DNA of 64,000 nt from assembly GCA_907165135.1 (NCBI GenBank), contig OU015567.1, forward strand, positions 15,748,001 through 15,812,000, read 5' to 3'. This document shows, piece by piece, positions 48,790 to 59,426 of the stretch. Both the position numbers and the translations under genes were made by a program. The DNA is from Oikopleura dioica. Taxonomy: Eukaryota > Animalia > Chordata. The notes under the pieces were generated by a model, which searched no databases, was not told the DNA's origin, and worked only from the letters and a program-made list of their open reading frames with translations. The first letter of the stretch is position 1. Each line of letters begins with the position of its first letter.

Positions 48790-50580
48790 TTATAAAATAC
48801 AATAATCAGAAGATATTAGAAAAAGAACAGGCTTTTCAGTTTTGACTGTATTTCCGATGACTTCTTGCTTGACCAGTTGATCTCCATCCAAATCGAGTCT
48901 TTCAATTGAATGAGGTTTGACTAGGCCAGAAACGATGAAAATTGAATTGCTGATCAATATCGCCGATCCTCCTCCGTCAGTCTAAAATGAAATTACTATT
49001 TATTGTGTTATATTATATATCTTAATTAATTATTATTTTATATTTAGAATCTTTGAAACTTACGTTTTGAAGATCGCCAATAGTTCTCCAAACGTTGTTT
49101 TCAAGAAGCCAAATTGATGATTGAACATCGTTTTTTCCATTTTTTCCACCTGCTAGCAAAAGACTTCCACTTGGAAGCCCCATCAAAAAATGAGAGAATG
49201 TTTCCCTTGAAAATTTTCGGATTTGAAATCAATAAAATTTTTTGATACCTTGGAAAGTCAGCCAGTTCCGACCAACCAGAAGAACTGAGAGTCTCCACTT
49301 TTGTCGAATGGTTAGTTTTATAGCTGCTATCTCCTACTGTCGTTGGTTGTCCATCTGGGCTCGGCCACCTGAGTAGAAAACCTGAGTCAGGGTCTCGAAG
49401 AGCAAAAATTAAAAATCTCTCAGCGGCTTTTTAAGAAACGCCAGAAATAAGATTGAATGATAATCTAACGAAGCGATTTTGCGGCTTTTCATTTTGAAGA
49501 CCCTGACTCAGGTTTTCTACCCAGTTTGCCGAGCCCAGTTGTCCATTGTAAAAGCCGAGGTTCCCATCTTGGTGCAGAAAGGCGGACGAATAAGTTAAGT
49601 TGACGGATGTTCTTGAATCGAAAACTTCACAGTTTTTGTAAAACATAGGAAAACAGATCAACGCCTTTTCTCCGTTCTCAATTGAAAGCGCAGCAGACCA
49701 AGACAAAATGTGGAAGTTTAATTTTGCCGGATGTTCTTTCCATTCGCACCCTTCTAGTTTCGCTATCTAAAAGAAATAATATTAAAAAACGGTTTATTTA
49801 ATTACTTTTCGCATGTCCATTCCGCCAAATATGAAAAGCTCATTTTTCACAAGAGCATGCAGAGAATATAGCGCGTAATCATCTGACGGTCCAGTGATGA
49901 TAGTTGATTCTTTAGAAGCGCCGTCGCCAGAAAATATGAAAGCGTCGGTAAGTTTTTCTCCAATGAACATTATGTGCATTTCACTCTTTGAAAGTTGAGT
50001 CATCGGCTTATTTTGACTGTCATAAACTTTAAGAAGCTTTTTTTTTAATTTTTGATTTCTTAACCCTCGCCGGCCAAAAATGATTTTTCTCGGGTACCGG
50101 TCAAGATACTCCATATTTGGCGCCAGGGATTTACCTGCAAATAAGACTATACAAATGATAAAGGTCAAATTATATGGTCTTGGGGAAATAGATTAAACCC
50201 TGCCTATCAAGATGCAATAGAAAAAACCGCTCCAGAATGAGTTTCTTAGAAATTATCCCTTAAATATTGTGAGGTACTTGGAAATGAGTAAAAACCTGCT
50301 CCATATTTGGAGTACCTTGACCGGCGAGGGTTAAATTTTTTTTAGAAAATTGACATCTCTGATTTTTCATAAAATGGTTTGTTTTTACCGGATTAGTCGG
50401 TTTTCTTGACGAAGTAGTAGTTTCATCGGTTGTTGTTTGATTTGTTCCATCAGTTTTTTCATATTCGGACTTGTTTCTCAAAGGAAGAGCGATAGCTATA
50501 CCAGCAACGACAATTGCGATTACACTCAGAATTATGAGAATTAATTTTCCTCTACTTAGTTTCGCGCACTTTTCTACCAT
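48790..50580 (-). CDS. Type II membrane protein with kelch-like beta-propeller repeats, one exon interrupted by a MITE
   Basis: N-terminal TM (LILIILSVIAIVVAGIAIALPL), Thr-rich stalk, ELFIFGG, KALICF, LGFYNG|QPTTVG, KVETL...GWSELADFP, LLLAGG...IWLL; multi-exon, intron boundaries partly approximate. Confidence 0.75.
49355..49538. mobile_element. CTGGGCTCGG-TIR MITE inside a kelch-like exon
   Basis: 8-bp TSD TTGTCCAT at 49347-49354 and 49539-49546. Confidence 0.85.
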
Positions 50581-52458
50581 TATGAAAAATTTATCTTTGA
50601 AAGAAAACGCTAGTTAAATTGGTTTCAAAGGTAAAATGGCAAATATAATCTCGTTGGATATGAGTTGCCATTTTGCTTGAGCACCAAAGCTGTTTCCAAT
50701 AATCCCAGTAAAGGGTACGGGTGTCGATGTTCTATGTGGTCTTATCTTGAAAGTAAGATAATAACTATGATGCCTATTGAATTTCTCGCAAAAAATAACG
50801 TTAGTTTATAGTTGAAAGTGAGTCAATATCATGAGCCGTTTTTGAGATACGAGCGCTAGAACTTTGACCGGAAAAAAAAATTTTAGCTTCGATTTACGTC
50901 ATTCGAGGCTTTTGGATCGGCAGAGCAAGGGAAACATCATGGTGGTCTTAGTTTTTCATATAAGTAGATTCTAGAGCTGAAATTGTTAATCGTATTTTCA
51001 AAAAATGCATATTTTAACGAGATCAACTTTTCAAAAAAGTATTTTCGGTATTTTTACTCATTCAATCCTTGATTTTCTTCTATTCAAAGTCTCAAAAAAC
51101 GTTAAAGTTTCATTAAAAAATATAAAAAAAGTATGTTGATAAGGTCAATTCAAGGAATTGAAGCCAGTTTAAGCCGATTTTTGCCCGAGATGTCAATTTC
51201 AGAGCGATTTTTCGACAAGAAAACGTTTATAAACTTGAGATTTTCTTGTATATAAGTATAGATCTAGGTCCAAATTAACTAAAAATGAAAGATTCAAGCC
51301 TCCAATTCTTCTGGATATCCAAGAATAAGGCCATGGTGAGAGCCTCGTCGACACCCGTAGCCTTAAGTGCGACCGCTAGAACTTTAAAATCACTTTATTA
51401 ATAGAGTTAGTGAACAGGAAAGTTCTGGATTTCACAAAATGAAGCAGCTTATTTGCGAAAAAATGAAACAAATTCAGCCCTTTTTGAAAAGCTCCACATC
51501 AGAAAGAGCGCAAATCCAATCGACAGGTTCCCTTATTGGCTACCAGTGGCCTTTTTATCCAAGTTCCACGCAGTTGTGGTGCGACCGCCTGTTGTTACAA
51601 TGCGATTAGCGCGAGTCTTCTAATTCTTCCAAAAACTCGAAACTGAAAAAACTAAAACCCTAATCCAGGCGTTTGCGCATTTTTTACTCGCCGGTTTTAC
51701 CAGAATAATAGAATGATTTTTCCGCAATTTGTCTTTTTATTTTTTTTACTTTTATTTAAATTTAAAGCGTTACTCCAAAAGTTAAGATAGTAACACCCTT
51801 AATTTATTAATCAAACAAGAACTAAAGTCTTAAATCAGTTTCATTAATAAAATTTTTACTATAAATTAGTTAGTCTTTGCATCTAGGAAGCTGATTGGCT
51901 AGAAAATGTCGCTTGGTGGCGCTTTTTTTTCAATAAAAAAAATTCTGATTGGCTGATTCTATCGCCATTTTTTATCACATTTTTCTTCAAAATCATAATT
52001 TTGACATTTTTTGACAAAAGCAGAAGTCAGCGTTAATAAAAAAAACTGTCAAAAATAATGAAAAATAAAAATATTCTCGTCGATCAAATTTATTTGTTCG
52101 CGCATTTTTTTATTGACGGAATTTCTGACTACACTAATTTCAAGTTTGCATTGGTGAATTCGCCGCAATCCGTGTTGATTTTAACTGTTTCCGAATAAAC
52201 GGCAAAGCAAGTGCGAGAGCAGATAAATAGCGAATTACAAGCAGAATTCAGTTATTCCCAGAGAAATCATGATCGCGGAAAACTTCCATTTGGACGAAAA
52301 AATTCAAAGAAAAATTCAAAAATTCCAAAAAATACAGCGTTTTTTGAGCAGTTACAGTTTCGTGAAATTAACGTGCCAGTAACAAACACAAGACAGCTGC
52401 ATTTTTCGCCATAAAACACACAAAATGACATGTTTTGAAGCACATTTTTGAATTTCAA

Positions 52459-53370
52459 ATGAGAGCGCCATTAGTGCTCTGCCAGTTCAAAGATGCAGAA
52501 ATCGCAATTTGGATTTGTTACAGCTTCGGAATTTTGGCCTTTTTCTCGTGTTTGTGGAAACGGGCTTGGCTAATTCGAGCTTCTTGGGGATTGACCATCG
52601 CTAATTTTGTTTTTCGTAAGTTTATCATCTCCGATTCGCCTCTTATATTGGATTCTAGTGATTTTGGGCATGGGCCAGTGGTGTCTGTTTGCGTACTTTT
52701 GGTTTGGAGATCGGATTCAAATCACGGCTTTCTGGGCTACTACAGCCGTCGCGGTAATTTTGTCAGCTGTGCATGGCTGTTTTCTCACAAGGAAGGGGTC
52801 TTTAGCTGATTAAAGCTGATTCGCCAAATAGAGCAACAATTAAAAGACTCCTCTCAAGAAACATTGGCGCCACAAGAAACCCAGTTATTTCTACAGAAGC
52901 TGATTTTGGGGCTGATATCAATTTCTTCTACGCCGCTCAAATTGCATTTGCATTCGTTCAGGTCTGGGCTCGGCAACCTGAGAAGAAAACCTGAGTTAGG
53001 TTGAGAAAAGGCTTAAATGAAAAACCGCGTAGCGGCTTATATAAAAACAAAGCCACGAAGCGGCTTTGCAAATATTTTCACCTCAATCTATTAAAAATTC
53101 TGACAAAAAATCCCAGATGAAAAGCCGCATGGCGGCTTTTTTAAAAAGGAAGCCGCGACGCGGCTTCGCTAGAATTTTGAATAGATTGAGATGAAAATTT
53201 TTGGGAAGCCGCTAAGCGGCTTCGTTTTTTAAAAAACGCCGGCTTTTCATTTTAGGTCTTTCTGAACCTGACTCAGGATTTCTACTCAGGTCGCCGAACC
53301 CAGGGTTCAGATTTCCTGTTCCATTTCCGTGCTGTACTTTCTGTTCGACTGCGCCTGGCGGGGGCTTTAA
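52459..53370 (+). pseudogene. Multi-pass membrane protein paralog M1, MITE in last exon
   Basis: WICYSFGILAFFSCLW..., LVILGMGQW..., ITAFWATTAVAVIL...FLTRK, FYAAQIAFAFVQ|MITE|ISCSISVLYFLFDCAWRGL*. Confidence 0.65.
52964..53303. mobile_element. CTGGG-TIR MITE
   Basis: CTGGGCTCGGCAACCTGAG ... CTCAGGTCGCCGAACCCAG; TSD not clean. Confidence 0.7.
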
Positions 53371-54225
53371 AATTAAACTGTCCAGAATAAACAATTGCTG
53401 TCCCTATCGAGTTGAATCCTATTTGCTTAACTCGCCACCTCAAAAGTGTTTGTGGCCAAGGACAAGTATCGTCATGGTGCTTATACTTAAATATTGAACG
53501 ACCGAAATTTCCCTAGGAAAAAAGTGCTTAGTTGTCCATTTGTAGGAATATTTATGAGAGCTTAAATTTGCTGAAGATTCTATTTTTGATGAAAGAGCAC
53601 AAGTTTTTGCCAGGAAATATTAAAAATTCTGAAATTATTAAGTTGATATTCTGAGCTTAAAAGCCTGTTTTGAAACCTGAGTCAGGATCGTGAATAGGCT
53701 TTAATGAAGAGCCGCGGTTTTCTAGTGAAGCCGCGAAGTATTAAGGACCCAAAGATAAAGATGTCATTATGATTCTTGTGATGAACTTTTTTTTCAGCAA
53801 TTTTTAATCCCGTAAAGATTGAAAAGAATTTTCTTTCATTTTGGATTGGCTTTACAGATCTTCCTGTACGAGTATTTTATGCATCGGCAATTTGCTCCTT
53901 CTTTTTATGTTTTTTAAAAAGAGAATTGATGAACAAAATTTGCTGGAATTTGATTCGAGCTAATTTTATTTTCCGTAAGTTCATTTCTCCGAAAAAAGTG
54001 GGTATTGAAGGTTGTTTAGTGCTTTTTGGGCTGGCTGAATGGATAGGTAGGGGGGTTTGAAGGAGAATTGATTGATAAATTGAGCTAGAAAGCGAACATT
54101 TGGTTCTTTTCTGGTCATCGTTAGCTGCTAACTTGGTTTTGACAACAGTTTTTGTTTATCATCTTCTCAGGAAAGAGTCGAAATTCAAGAAAACGAGCCA
54201 AAAACGCAAAATTTTCGTTTCCTAA

Positions 54226-54619
54226 TGTTAGAGTTATGATCTCGATAAATGCAGGAAGTCTCTAGACGGGTTTGTTTGTAAAAGAGTATAAGTTTATTTG
54301 TAACGCGAGACGAAAGTAGAAGATTGAGAAGAGTGTTTTGAACTAAGGGCAGAGTCTTTATATAGTGTTTTAGTTCGTGCGGATGAGATGTTAAACGGTG
54401 CGGATGACTGTGTAGTTGGTGCAGTTGGAAGATTCAGTCGCGCGGGTGAGATAGTAGATCGTTTGAAAATAGCTTCATTTGGTGCGCGCGGCTGAGGGCT
54501 TCATCCGGACGAATGAATGGCTAGTCCGCGCGAGTAAACATCTCGCGCGTACGAGTGAGAGAGGGGCTCAGCGCCTGTCTTTTGCAAGGAAGAGCGCTAG
54601 CGAGAATATAACACTAATA
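54226..54619 (-). repeat. 3' LTR of element 2
   Basis: Identical to 60867-61260; PPT AAAGAAGGGAAGA (minus strand) at about 54624-54636. Confidence 0.92.
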
Positions 54620-54636
54620 TACATCTTCCCTTCTTT

Positions 54637-55821
54637 TTAATTGAAATCATCATTGATGAGCTGTTGAAGAGCATTGGCAGCTGATGATGATTCAGACTCT
54701 GTATAGCCGGGAGGAGATTCTGGTTGAGTTGCATTTTTGAATATTTCGTCCAACGAGAAGTTTTCAGAAATCAAATTTTCAGGAGCATCGCTTGTTGTAG
54801 GAGCGGCTTGTACTGTATTTACTGACGATTGAGCGTTCGATGTTGTAGCATTGGTCCGAGGATCCTTTTGAACCAAAATAACTTCAAAATCTCCCAATTG
54901 AAGAAGCCGAGCTTCATCGTGAAAGTATATTTCGACTTTGCGAACGAGTGTTAATAAATCAGCTTCTGAAATCGAGTTGAGCTCAGACCAGACGTTTCGT
55001 CGTGAGTAGAATTGTTTTTCAAAGCTTGTTATGATGCTTAATTCGCTATTGTTTACTGAATATCGGAGAATGATGCTCTTGTATGACCAGATGAGCAATG
55101 ATTCCAAATTTTTCGCGTTTCGTATTTTGAGGTTGTCTTCGGAGTAACTAAATATTTGCTTTTTCTGAATTTCTTCCATGACGGTTGTAATTGACTGTAG
55201 GAGCGTTCGCACGATTCTTGTTTTGGGTTCTGATTCCAGATGAAAGAGATCAATTTTATAACCAAGTACAAAGTTTAGGTTGAACGTCATAAATCGTTTT
55301 TTTACATCTTCTTTTCGCGAGAAGATTAGGCACTCAAGAATATTACTTCTCTCAGAAGGCATTTTTCGATTTATCTCTGAAGATTCTGAGCGTCGATTTT
55401 TTGGAGCTTTGAATTTTATACGGGCGTTTTCATTCCTTAGCGGGCGTTTAGCTAACAACCCGTTTTGGCGAGGCTGTAACGGCGGGTTGATTACTGCAAG
55501 GGGGAATCGAGCTGCGCCGCGGAGGGGAAATGGTCGGCCCTTTACGCGTTTTCGATTTTGGTTTTTGAAAACATTTTCGACTTCCATTTTTGAATAACGT
55601 GCTGAGTGTGAGGTGGATTCGCCAATTCCATTGAACTTCGTTTCCCAAAATAAAAAGTTATCATCTTTGAGTACCATAATGGCCACTTTGGTAAACATCG
55701 GTGAAATTTGAATATTTGAGGAAAGAAATTGCCTGAGTGATTGAACCTTTTGATATTTTGAAAAGCTGACTGTAGTTGACTTCGGCGATATAAGGTTCTT
55801 GGATATTTGAGCACACTTCAT
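54637..55821 (-). CDS. ORF3 of element 2, unknown function, not Env-like
   Basis: 394-aa ORF between pol and the PPT. Basic Arg/Pro-rich N-terminal part, globular middle, acidic S/T/P tail; no signal peptide, furin site or TM seen. True start may be internal. Confidence 0.7.
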   Translation of the reverse strand: MKCAQISKNLISPKSTTVSFSKYQKVQSLRQFLSSNIQISPMFTKVAIMVLKDDNFLFWETKFNGIGESTSHSARYSKMEVENVFKNQNRKRVKGRPFPLRGAARFPLAVINPPLQPRQNGLLAKRPLRNENARIKFKAPKNRRSESSEINRKMPSERSNILECLIFSRKEDVKKRFMTFNLNFVLGYKIDLFHLESEPKTRIVRTLLQSITTVMEEIQKKQIFSYSEDNLKIRNAKNLESLLIWSYKSIILRYSVNNSELSIITSFEKQFYSRRNVWSELNSISEADLLTLVRKVEIYFHDEARLLQLGDFEVILVQKDPRTNATTSNAQSSVNTVQAAPTTSDAPENLISENFSLDEIFKNATQPESPPGYTESESSSAANALQQLINDDFN

Positions 55822-55982
55822 CAGTTTTTCGGATCCTTGCAGGAGCTTCCGTTATGATGAGTAGAATTTGAAATGACTGTACTAGTACTAGCTTGAACAC
55901 TTTCAGGACTTGACTCGGAGCACACGTGAGAATAGCAAGGCCAAGGAGGGTTACCTTCTCCTTTTTGAATTTTTCGGAGCGA

Positions 55983-58900
55983 TCACTTTCTTGGTCTGAG
56001 ACGTTTTGACCAATTACCATTACTCTCAGGATTGTCTTCTTTGAAGAGGCTTTCAAGATCTAGCGCGCCTTTTGAACTCGAAGTTTTTGGAGTAATAACT
56101 GTTTTCTCGTCATCTGTGATGTCAGCTTCTGTATCTTTATTTTCATGATTGTTCGAGATGACGGCTTTGATCTCGTTTTTGTCGAATATTTTGAGAGGAC
56201 GTATGTTTTGGAGATGACGTCGATACGTTCGATTTGTTTTTGGACACATAAGGATATAACTGTCTTTTGAAATGCGCGTTTTGACGTAGTAAGGACCATC
56301 CCAGTTGATTCCAAGCTTACCACTGATAAGGTCTGGTTTGTAACATAGCACTTTGCAACCGATGGGGATAACTGGCGCATTGTTTTTGTCTTTCTTGACA
56401 AGCTGATGATATCGATCCATATGAAGTTTGAGAAGGGCTGGATGAAGTTGTCTCAAGTATTCGTTCAGAGCTTGAACGAAGGGCTCTTTCTTCCCAGTAA
56501 TGGCATCGACTTTGAACGGAATATGAAATGAACGACCATAAACACATTCGTTCGGAGATAGAGAGTCGAGTATTTCTCGTGGCAAGTTGTTCATGTGATA
56601 GCAGGATTCTGGCCATTTAAGGGACCAGTTTCTGTTGTTTCCACCAAGTGTTTTTATGAACTTTGAAATGTCACGATGTGATCGCTCGACTTTACCATTT
56701 GAGCATGATCGGTACGCAGTTGTGTTTACATTTTTAATTTCGAATCGAGCCATGATTTCTTTGCAGAGGGGTCCAAATTCTTTGCCATTATCGCAGATGA
56801 TGACACCATTTATACCATGACGAAGTATCAATTTTAGGAGAGCTCGAGCGACTGCACTGTCGGTTTTATTATGCAATGGTTCTCCGGCAAGATAGCTTGT
56901 AAGTTCGTCGATACAGGTAAGAAGAAATCGTTTGCCTTGGGCGTCAGGTCGGCCCATGTCGATCAGATCAATATGGCATTTGGTGAATGGTGTTGACTCG
57001 TAGAAGCGATTTTGAATCATACTCGGCTTCAACTTTTTCTGCGGCTTGATTCTGACACACGTTGCACAACTTGTTGTTATTGAGCGAGCACGGTCTTGAA
57101 CCTTGTGGATGTAGAATCTTTTCACTAGATTCAGAAGAGCTTTACATCCGGAGTGAGCTGTGAGGACATGCAGGTATTGTAGGAATTCGTTCGAGATATT
57201 CGCTGGTAATACTAATCTTTTACCATTAGGACTTTTCGCAAAAAGGACTTCGTTGATGAGTTGAAACTTTTTCGACTGAAATTTGCTCAGTTTTACGATT
57301 ATGTTCCTTGTTGAGGGACAGTCTCTCTGCATCTTCGCCATATCGGAGTATTTGAAAGACCGGTTTTCGAATTCAAATACCGTATCTTCGTTATCTGGCT
57401 TGATCAGCATGAAAAGAGTATCAGACGGGTCTTCAAAATCTTTTGCTCTTTCTTCCAGGTCTGACGAGTGTGATCGAGGAATACGACTGAGAGCATCAGC
57501 AGTACTCATAATTGGATCGTGACCAGGTCGATGCATGATCGTGAAGTGGTGATTTTGAAGGTAGTGCTGGATTGTAGCTAGACGGGCATCAAGCTTCTTT
57601 TTCGAATGCTCGCGATAAAGATATAGTAAGCTTTTATGATCGGTTATCGCGGAGAATTCTGTACCAAGCAAGTAGTATTCGAAAAATCGTATACTTTCCA
57701 TCAAAGCTATCAGCTCTTTTTCGCGCATTGAGCGTCTGCTATCTGTTTTATTGAACGGACGAGAAAAGTATCCAAGAGCTGTTAAGGATTTTCCATCATG
57801 ACACTGGTATAGACATGCACCCATTGCGTGACCACTGGCGTCGGATACTAGAGTTAACGGAGCACCCTTTTTGAAGTGTCCAAGTGAAGGTTTTTCTAGT
57901 AGTTTTTGTTTCATGAGGTCGAATGCATTTTGGTGTTCTTCTCGCCGTACGAACGGTATTTTCGAACTCGTAAGTTTATACAATGGTTCCAAGATCAATG
58001 ATGCATTTTTGACGTACTTGGCGTTGTAGTTGTAAAATCCAAGTGTGCGTTTTAGACCTTGTCTGTCCATTGGCGCTTGCAGATCCTTTAGAGCTTTGAT
58101 GTGCTTGTCAGTAATCGTAATACCATCGCGGCTGATACGGTGTCCCAAGAATTCAGTAGACGATTTACAAAGAACCACTTTCTTAGTATTGAGTAGAAGT
58201 CCATTATCAATACAGACTTGAAAAACGAATCGTAGCGTATCAAGGTGTTCTTCGAATGTCGAGTTTAGGATAATGATGTCGTCTAAGTACACTAAGATAT
58301 TCGGATGTTTGAAAAGATCGGCCATGATTCTACTGAAAGCTGCTGGTGCGGTACTGATTCCATAAAGCATTCTGTTTGAGCAATAGTGAACTGAGTCGAA
58401 ACTGAAGGCGAGTTTCTTAGTATCATTTTCAGCGACTCTGACTTGCCAGTATCCCTTTGAAAAGTCGACTTGACTAAAGAAGCAGTCATTTCCGTTTGTG
58501 AGCTTTTCGCCAATTCTTGTCAGAACACCACTGAGGTCTGCTAATGGAAATCTGTCTGGAATAAGGAGTTTGTTGAGTTCTCGAGCGTCCAAGCTTATTC
58601 TGATGCTTTTGTCATCTTTTTGCAGGATCAGTAGAGGGATATTATAGGCACTTTGCGCATGGTGAATGAAACCAAGATCGAGCCATCTTAGAATTTGAGA
58701 CTTGACTAAATCGTGAAGGTGAATAGGGACGCGACGACTTGTCTCATGAGCACTTTGACTTTCGTCGTGTTGAGGTAAAGTGAACCTTTTGTATGCGAGT
58801 TGACCAATGTCGTTATCGTCCATTGAGAAAGCGAGTCTTAGCTCTTGAGTGAGATTGTTCAGTTGAGATTTCTGTGCTTCATTTGTATCACCGAAGGATA

Positions 58901-59426
58901 TTTTTGGTATGAAGTTTATCTCATTTGCGTGTTTTTTTCTCTTGAGCTGAAATTGACGAAGTTCTTCTTTTTCTGCATTAAGGTCCTCGATTTCGATGAT
59001 TGCATGAAGATGATTGGATGAAGAGAAGGGTACTTTTTGAACTTCTTTATTGTTGATCGTGACTGTAGTTGTGAGAGGGTCTGTACTGGCTTTGATCTCC
59101 TTGATAACATCGAGTCCTATTATACAAGGGACTGCGAGATTTTCGATGATCAAAGGCTTGATACTGTAATTGAGCGGTGAAGTTGAAGTTTCGATTGTGA
59201 TATTGACGTTTTCGCTGAGTGTTTTTGGATGAATAACTGTGTTTGCGATCGACACAGGAGTTTTTGAAATTGAGAGTTTTGTAGGAAGGCCGGGTAGATT
59301 TGAGCAGAGTGCTGTTTGAGTTGCACCAGTATCTACAAGAGCAGGCCAGGTAGTACCGTTGATATTGATATTGATGAAGATGAGTTTCTGTGTGATGACG
59401 GTAGAGAGAAGAGATTCGACGGTTAG
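55983..59426 (-). CDS. pol: Pol polyprotein, in frame with gag after a single TGA
   Basis: The 57 open codons upstream of the listed ORF contain ALVDTGA; then VYLDD RT, VSDAS/ELIAL/TDHKSL RNase H, H-x4-H...CxxC and HIDL integrase. Confidence 0.95.
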   Translation of the reverse strand, partial: LTVESLLSTVITQKLIFINININGTTWPALVDTGATQTALCSNLPGLPTKLSISKTPVSIANTVIHPKTLSENVNITIETSTSPLNYSIKPLIIENLAVPCIIGLDVIKEIKASTDPLTTTVTINNKEVQKVPFSSSNHLHAIIEIEDLNAEKEELRQFQLKRKKHANEINFIPKISFGDTNEAQKSQLNNLTQELRLAFSMDDNDIGQLAYKRFTLPQHDESQSAHETSRRVPIHLHDLVKSQILRWLDLGFIHHAQSAYNIPLLILQKDDKSIRISLDARELNKLLIPDRFPLADLSGVLTRIGEKLTNGNDCFFSQVDFSKGYWQVRVAENDTKKLAFSFDSVHYCSNRMLYGISTAPAAFSRIMADLFKHPNILVYLDDIIILNSTFEEHLDTLRFVFQVCIDNGLLLNTKKVVLCKSSTEFLGHRISRDGITITDKHIKALKDLQAPMDRQGLKRTLGFYNYNAKYVKNASLILEPLYKLTSSKIPFVRREEHQNAFDLMKQKLLEKPSLGHFKKGAPLTLVSDASGHAMGACLYQCHDGKSLTALGYFSRPFNKTDSRRSMREKELIALMESIRFFEYYLLGTEFSAITDHKSLLYLYREHSKKKLDARLATIQHYLQNHHFTIMHRPGHDPIMSTADALSRIPRSHSSDLEERAKDFEDPSDTLFMLIKPDNEDTVFEFENRSFKYSDMAKMQRDCPSTRNIIVKLSKFQSKKFQLINEVLFAKSPNGKRLVLPANISNEFLQYLHVLTAHSGCKALLNLVKRFYIHKVQDRARSITTSCATCVRIKPQKKLKPSMIQNRFYESTPFTKCHIDLIDMGRPDAQGKRFLLTCIDELTSYLAGEPLHNKTDSAVARALLKLILRHGINGVIICDNGKEFGPLCKEIMARFEIKNVNTTAYRSCSNGKVERSHRDISKFIKTLGGNNRNWSLKWPESCYHMNNLPREILDSLSPNECVYGRSFHIPFKVDAITGKKEPFVQALNEYLRQLHPALLKLHMDRYHQLVKKDKNNAPVIPIGCKVLCYKPDLISGKLGINWDGPYYVKTRISKDSYILMCPKTNRTYRRHLQNIRPLKIFDKNEIKAVISNNHENKDTEADITDDEKTVITPKTSSSKGALDLESLFKEDNPESNGNWSKRLRPRK

